A stretch of 64,000 nucleotides of DNA, taken from positions 500,995-564,994 of the forward strand of contig OZ246404.1 of NCBI GenBank assembly GCA_965230955.1, read 5' to 3'. This DNA is from an uncultured Candidatus Saccharibacteria bacterium (GTDB taxonomy: Bacteria; Patescibacteriota; CALEFQ01). This document shows positions 58,962-64,000 of this stretch, piece after piece. Position 1 is the stretch's first letter, and each line of letters begins with the position of its first letter. Below the pieces are notes generated by a model, which was given only the letters and a program-made list of their open reading frames with translations, did no database searches and was not told the origin of the DNA. The position numbers and the translations under genes were made by a program.

Positions 58962-59822
58962 ATGAAAAAGATCCCGCCAATTATCTGGGGTATCATTCTC
59001 ATCACTATCATATTCAGCATGATAGTGATTTTGATCAATGGGATCGGTTCTCTTCGCCAAGTATTTTCGCGACCGGCGGAAACGACTCCGATCGCCGAGA
59101 ATACCCGGCCGGCATCGATAGACTCCACCGCGCTACCGTCACCAACCCCGGCCGACAATCGCTCCTGGGTAAATCAGCGAACGGTCTTGTTCTTCCCGGC
59201 TCTGCCGATGAACATCTACCAATACTCATTGATTCAAATAAAAAACACCGACGCCGCTGGCGCCAGTGATATCAAAGTTTCACTCCTTAATCGACTCGGA
59301 GAAAGCCGAACCTACCCGGTCAGTAATCTTGACCCGGGATCGATTAATCGATTCAGCCTAACGAACTTAGCCGAGCTGCCCCTTAATTTTAGCCCCGGAC
59401 TGGTTATCATCTCCTCAAACAGCAATCTGGCCGCCGTCGCTGAAATATTCCCCGCCAATTCCGAAGAAAAAATTCCCAGTGAATCTTTGTCGCCGTTTAG
59501 CGAATTACCCAGTGATTTGAATTATACCGTTTACCCAAGCACGGACAACGAGCCATCGCAAAACCAATTGGCTATCACTAACCCTTCGAATAAATTAATC
59601 GAGGCGCAGGTGACGGTCACCACGCCCGAGGAGGGTAGTCGAATTATATTTACCGATGAGTTATCTCCCTGGACCACCAGAATCATTGAATTACCGATAC
59701 CAAAATTCAAAAGTTTTGATCAGACCGCAACGGTTATCGCTTCCAGCACTGACCGCATTATCGGAGTTATTTATCACCTTGACAAAGACGGCGGATTGAT
59801 GAGTAATATTAATACCAAGTAG
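58962..59822 (+). CDS. Hypothetical membrane-anchored protein with Pro/Thr linker and two similar beta-rich units
   Basis: N-terminal TM; LIQIKNT..LDPGS.. / LAITNPS..LSPWT.. repeat-like pattern. Confidence 0.7.
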   Translation: MKKIPPIIWGIILITIIFSMIVILINGIGSLRQVFSRPAETTPIAENTRPASIDSTALPSPTPADNRSWVNQRTVLFFPALPMNIYQYSLIQIKNTDAAGASDIKVSLLNRLGESRTYPVSNLDPGSINRFSLTNLAELPLNFSPGLVIISSNSNLAAVAEIFPANSEEKIPSESLSPFSELPSDLNYTVYPSTDNEPSQNQLAITNPSNKLIEAQVTVTTPEEGSRIIFTDELSPWTTRIIELPIPKFKSFDQTATVIASSTDRIIGVIYHLDKDGGLMSNINTK

Positions 59823-59968
59823 AGAAGTGCGCGCCGGATGAAAACAAACTGATTACGAAATACTATAGTGAAGGGAGGTGATCAAGGCACTACATAAAAT
59901 GAAATAAATAATTAATTAATAATTGCCATAAAAGAAGCTAGCTATACAAGCGCTCGAAGCGAGGTATT

Positions 59969-59996
59969 GTGTCGCACAATAAATCTTATGCGACAC
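59969..59996. other. dif-like tyrosine-recombinase site candidate (11-6-11)
   Basis: GTGTCGCACAA-TAAATC-TTATGCGACAC. Confidence 0.55.
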
Positions 59997-60240
59997 GTAT
60001 ATCCATTAGGACCAATTAGATAAGCCAGGACATAGCCTCATTATCCATTCGCGATTTTCATCCTCTCGCTGTTCACCGCCCAGCCCCTTCTCTGTGGATT
60101 CGGAACTCGTCCAAACCCATCCACTAAAATAATAATAGTAATAATAATTCGCGGGCATATATTCTTCGACCATGACGGCCGAGCTTTATAGCGCCTGACA
60201 TCCACGACCGGTATAACCAATCATACCGTTTTTTATTACG

Positions 60241-60264
60241 AAAAAACCGCCCACAGGCGGATTT
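60241..60264 (-). terminator. Terminator for the M23 coiled-coil gene
   Basis: CCGCC-4 nt-GGCGG stem with T6 tail on the minus strand. Confidence 0.6.
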
Positions 60265-60294
60265 ATTAGTTATAGCACCAAATATAATTGATGA

Positions 60295-61605
60295 CTAGAA
60301 CAGCCCCATTGGCGAAACAGTTTTTTCCGGCGCGTACCAGGGCGATTCGCCGTAAGTCGTTTTTACCGTCGCCATTTGGGTATAGACTGCAAAGTGCAAA
60401 TGACAACCGGTCGAGAATCCAGTCGTTCCTTCAAAACCTATCGTATCGCCTTGCTTCAAAACTTGGCCCGCCGCCACGGCCGTTCGGCTCATATGACCGT
60501 ACAAAGTATAAAGATTCAGCTTGGGATGAAATAAAACGATCCAATTACCGAAACCATACGTCAAACTACCGGCACCGAAGACCTGGCCGTCAGCCGCCGC
60601 CACAATCGCCGTACCGCACGGCTGGGCAAAATCTATTCCGGCATGAATTCTGGGTGAACCATCACTGCTATATCCATAAACACCGCTCTTGGCATAACTA
60701 GTCAGGCCGTATGATTGACTGATTGAGGACAAGGCACCCTTCATTGGTTCACGAAGTAAACCGGCTCCGATAGCCGGAGGACCGGCCGGGGTCGTTCCAC
60801 CTCGACTATTCATGAGTTCCTGTTCCAGCGTTTGGATCTCAGACGCGAGTTTTTTTTGCTTTTCAGCCGACTCCCCGATCAATTCCTGGTATTTATCTTC
60901 ACGTTTTTCCGTAGTCGCCAACAAAGACTCATTATCTTTCCGCTGGCGCTCCAATTCACTGTGTTGTTCGTCTAATTGACCTTTAAGAGCCACTTGAGAC
61001 TGTTGCTTGTCTTCCAATTCGTATTTTTTGGATAATAAATCATCTTTCAAGGCCTTGACCTTGTCGTACATATTCTTGACATCTGACTGATATGACAATG
61101 TTTGCTGCTGAAACTTCAGGAAATCGGAAAAGGTGGAACTGCGCAAAATCATATTGAGCGAAGAACGATTGTCATCAAAATGCCGGAGATCCCGGATTAA
61201 GCCGGAAAGTATTTCCCGCTGATACTGCAGATCCTTTTCTTTTTCTTCGACCTGCTGCTTGGTTAATTGGATTTGAGCGTTAGTCTGCTCAATTTCCGCA
61301 CCTGTTTTTTCGATAGCCAGATTGGTAATTTCAATTTCATCGGCGCTGATTTTTATTTTCAAATCCAAAGTAGTGGCTTCCTGATCCAAACGAGCCATAT
61401 CGCCGGTATAGCGCCTGATTTCAGCTTGAACTTCCTCGATTTTTTTCTTTTTATCATCAATGACCGCCTGGGTATTATCGCCGGATTTAGCATCTTTTTT
61501 GCCAGTGGTATCTTCTTGCGCCCAAACGAAAAAACCGGCGGCCATACCCAGCCCGACTAAAAATGAGACAAATAGTATTTTTGTTCCTATTTTTGATCGA
61601 TTCAT
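60295..61605 (-). CDS. Coiled-coil M23 peptidase (EnvC/CwlO-like architecture)
   Basis: Signal/TM, long coiled coil, HAGID, YGHM, CHLHF. Confidence 0.9.
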   Translation of the reverse strand: MNRSKIGTKILFVSFLVGLGMAAGFFVWAQEDTTGKKDAKSGDNTQAVIDDKKKKIEEVQAEIRRYTGDMARLDQEATTLDLKIKISADEIEITNLAIEKTGAEIEQTNAQIQLTKQQVEEKEKDLQYQREILSGLIRDLRHFDDNRSSLNMILRSSTFSDFLKFQQQTLSYQSDVKNMYDKVKALKDDLLSKKYELEDKQQSQVALKGQLDEQHSELERQRKDNESLLATTEKREDKYQELIGESAEKQKKLASEIQTLEQELMNSRGGTTPAGPPAIGAGLLREPMKGALSSISQSYGLTSYAKSGVYGYSSDGSPRIHAGIDFAQPCGTAIVAAADGQVFGAGSLTYGFGNWIVLFHPKLNLYTLYGHMSRTAVAAGQVLKQGDTIGFEGTTGFSTGCHLHFAVYTQMATVKTTYGESPWYAPEKTVSPMGLF

Positions 61606-61613
61606 ATTATCTA

Positions 61614-61642
61614 ATTATATCACGACGCAACATCACTGTCAA
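61614..61642 (-). promoter_or_regulatory. Consensus sigma70 promoter, near-leaderless
   Basis: TTGACA-17 bp-TATAAT, only 8 nt before ATG 61605. Confidence 0.75.
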
Positions 61643-61647
61643 ATCCA

Positions 61648-63171
61648 TCAAAGTGATAGGCCGCTGACATTAGTACCATTACGAAAATTTCCGGTATATG
61701 GTAAAAACTCCGACAGTATCTCGCGCTGAACATTGTATTTGTAAACTTTTACCCGGGCCGTGCTTTGGCCGCTACTGCCGATGATGATCTCTGATTTGCC
61801 ATTTGAATCATAATCAATCGTGCCGACATCTACCCCCTCTCGAAAATCGGCCCCAAAGGGGAAGAAATCAATCCCGCGCGGCGCGCCATCTTTGGCTTCC
61901 AGCAATCGCACATGACCGCCCTTGGACGCCGCCCCGACCACAATTTCCGCTTCCGGGTCACTATCGACATTACCGGCCGATACTCGCACTCCGCCGCGGA
62001 AATTTGCATTAAAGGCCAGAAAATCACTATAGAGATTATGTTCCATTTGAGGTTTGTAGATTTTCACCAATGGCTGATAACCGCTCTCCGGCGCTACGAT
62101 AATTTCATCTTTGGTCGGCGTTGACAAGTCGACATTGGCAGACGCGACATCAACTCCGCCACGGAAAGCCGGACCGTAGGGCCAAAACTCCAAAGAACGC
62201 TTGGTACCATCGGCTTCAAAAATCCGAACTTGACCGCCGCCGCCCTTGCGGGGCGCGGTGATTATTTCGTCTTTCCCGTCGCCATCAACATCGCCGGCCG
62301 CCACCCGGATACCGCCTCGGAAATTTTTATCATAAGCCAGGAATATCGAGATTTCTTGATTGGACTGATTACGCACGCTGACTTCCGGTTTTGCTCCCGG
62401 ACCGGCGCCAAAAATCAATTCTTCATGCCCATCACCATTGGTGTCACCCGCCGCCACATCGGCTCCGCCCCGGATTTTCGGATCTAGAACCAGGCTGTTA
62501 ATTTCCGCCACCTCTCCATTTAAGTAAAACGATCTAAGGTGGGAAGTACCAACCGGCCCGGGACCGGTCAAAACTCTTTTGCCGGAATCGGCTAATTGAC
62601 TGTGAGTGATGATAAAGTCAGTCGGATTATACCAGTCGTTAAGTAATGTTTGGTCGCCCAAGCCCCAGTATACCCAAGTGGTTTTGACGTCAACATAGGC
62701 TCCTTTGCGAATTCCGAAATGCAAATGTTCGCCCCAGCCGCCATTTTCCGAGCGATTGCCCAGATAGCCAAGAGTCTCACCGGCAGACACCGCCTGGCCC
62801 TCGCGGACACTGACGTCATACCGGCGTAAATGGCCGTATAAAGACACGACCGAACTCAAATCCGGTAATTGATGCTCAATCAATACAACCGTGCCAAAGC
62901 TGGTATGCTCGCCGATGTGTCGCACAATACCATCGCCGGTCGCATAAACCGGGGTCCCTGCCGGCCGAGAAATATCAACCCCCAGATGCCATTTGCCGCC
63001 ACTCCGGACTTCGCCAAAATTTTCAAAACTGTATTGGGTATAATTATCCAGCGGAAAACTAAAACTATATGTAATACGAGCCCGGGTCGCCGGCGGATTC
63101 ACGAAAAAAGCAGCTGCGCCCAAAACCAGAATCATGACGACCGGCAAAATTTTAGCACGAAATAATTTCAT
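61648..63171 (-). CDS. Secreted M23 peptidase with C-terminal FG-GAP/VCBS-like repeats
   Basis: Signal peptide, HLGVD, YGHL, HLHFG; five GG.xVAxG/ND.D.D...EII repeats. Confidence 0.88.
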   Translation of the reverse strand: MKLFRAKILPVVMILVLGAAAFFVNPPATRARITYSFSFPLDNYTQYSFENFGEVRSGGKWHLGVDISRPAGTPVYATGDGIVRHIGEHTSFGTVVLIEHQLPDLSSVVSLYGHLRRYDVSVREGQAVSAGETLGYLGNRSENGGWGEHLHFGIRKGAYVDVKTTWVYWGLGDQTLLNDWYNPTDFIITHSQLADSGKRVLTGPGPVGTSHLRSFYLNGEVAEINSLVLDPKIRGGADVAAGDTNGDGHEELIFGAGPGAKPEVSVRNQSNQEISIFLAYDKNFRGGIRVAAGDVDGDGKDEIITAPRKGGGGQVRIFEADGTKRSLEFWPYGPAFRGGVDVASANVDLSTPTKDEIIVAPESGYQPLVKIYKPQMEHNLYSDFLAFNANFRGGVRVSAGNVDSDPEAEIVVGAASKGGHVRLLEAKDGAPRGIDFFPFGADFREGVDVGTIDYDSNGKSEIIIGSSGQSTARVKVYKYNVQREILSEFLPYTGNFRNGTNVSGLSL

Positions 63172-63177
63172 TTTGGA

Positions 63178-64000
63178 TCAAATAGACTGTTTTAGTTTTG
63201 CCAAACCGGCCTTGATGCGTTCCAGTGAACGGGGCTGTCCCAAGACACCCATAATTTCAAACGGTGAAGGACTGTGATCCTTACCGGACAAGCAATATCG
63301 AATAGGCCAAAACATGGTTCCGTTATCAATCCCCTGCTCTTTGGCAAAAGCCAGCATGGCCGGTTCCAATTTGGCTTTGACGAAATCACCGGCCGGAAAC
63401 GAAGACAAACGGGTCAGGGCTTTTTCCAGAGCCACGACGGTTTTCTCTCGGTCGGATTTGCGCCAAATTATCTTAGCCGAATCATACTCAAGCTTGGGGC
63501 TGAAAAAGAAACCTATCGCTTCCGGAAAATCAGACAGTTTCTTGACCCGGGGTTGTTCCAGCACCAAGGCGTCTTCGACAAATTTTGCGTTCAGCCGATA
63601 TTCATCATACCCAGGGACTGAACATAAATAAGGTTCAGCAAGTTCACGCACCCGAGCCGGCGGCAAAGTCCGAATATACTTGCCGTTGATCCAATCCAGT
63701 TTTTCCAGATCAAAAACCGCTGCGGCCTTATGCACCTGAATCAAGTCAAAACGCTTCACCAGTTCCGGCAGATTAAATATTTCTTCCTCCGTCTTCGGAT
63801 TCCAGCCAAGTAAAGTGATGAAATTAAGCAGAGCATCTTTGAGATAACCCTTTTTGATGTAATCATCCACCGCCACATCGCCGCGCCGTTTAGATAACTT
63901 TTTTCTTTCCCGATCAACCAATAATGGTAAATGGGCGTAAGACGGAACCGACCAATCGAAAGCCTGGTACAAAATAATATGCTTCGGCGTTGAAGGAAGC
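63178..64000 (-). CDS. gltX: Glutamyl-tRNA synthetase, C-terminal part (truncated by the window edge)
   Basis: YAHLPLL..KKLSKR, LLGW, FDLEKLDWIN; frame open to the window end. Confidence 0.95.
   Translation of the reverse strand, partial: LPSTPKHIILYQAFDWSVPSYAHLPLLVDRERKKLSKRRGDVAVDDYIKKGYLKDALLNFITLLGWNPKTEEEIFNLPELVKRFDLIQVHKAAAVFDLEKLDWINGKYIRTLPPARVRELAEPYLCSVPGYDEYRLNAKFVEDALVLEQPRVKKLSDFPEAIGFFFSPKLEYDSAKIIWRKSDREKTVVALEKALTRLSSFPAGDFVKAKLEPAMLAFAKEQGIDNGTMFWPIRYCLSGKDHSPSPFEIMGVLGQPRSLERIKAGLAKLKQSI

Noticed and set aside
59871-59884. 16S rRNA 3' end on the minus strand (GATCACCTCC)
   Set aside because: Flanking sequence has no other rRNA signature and the gap is only about 470 bp.
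60006-60220. Two short minus-strand ORFs (about 55 and 59 aa)
   Set aside because: No RBS or motif, and low-complexity content derived from the (AAT)n-like run; not listed as genes.
1-64000. Alternative genetic code (TGA=Gly, Gracilibacteria/SR1)
   Set aside because: Conserved genes are full length under code 11 and TGA ends many ORFs at overlapping junctions.

Overview
Bacterial chromosome segment using the standard genetic code (TGA is a stop, with many ATGA-type overlaps). It most likely comes from a Patescibacteria/CPR lineage. This is inferred from SD-less housekeeping genes, DUF4012, a Trm11-like methylase beside rpmA and an FG-GAP M23 peptidase; retention of L9 would fit a Parcubacteria/ABY1-type lineage. 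About 49 kb (1-48997) is one very large surface-glycosylation region. It holds 9 GT2, 6 GT4/GT-B, 4 GT9 heptosyltransferase-like and 5 GT-C-like membrane systems (one apparently split in two). It also holds 2 flippases, an O-antigen-ligase-like protein, 2 B12-binding radical SAM enzymes, 2 class I methyltransferases and gmhA/hldA/gmhB heptose genes, but no lipid A or Kdo genes. The remainder carries DUF4012, an S41 protease, rplI, pyrG, rpmA, a Trm11-like MTase, iscS-iscU, PrsW, two M23 peptidases and a partial gltX. Best novelty candidates: (1) a toxin-less Phd/YefM-fold protein with three Cys heading the iscSU operon, with a palindrome over its -10 box, which could replace IscR; (2) heptose glycosylation in a probable monoderm; (3) a symmetric 11-6-11 dif-like site; (4) heptamer-repeat elements at gene junctions, including a near-identical inverted 25-bp pair in front of two GT2 genes; (5) self-contained ORFan cassettes with promoter, strong SD and terminator. 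No rRNA, tRNA, CRISPR array, transposase or integrase was recognised. All family calls come from reading motifs by eye; no searches were run.
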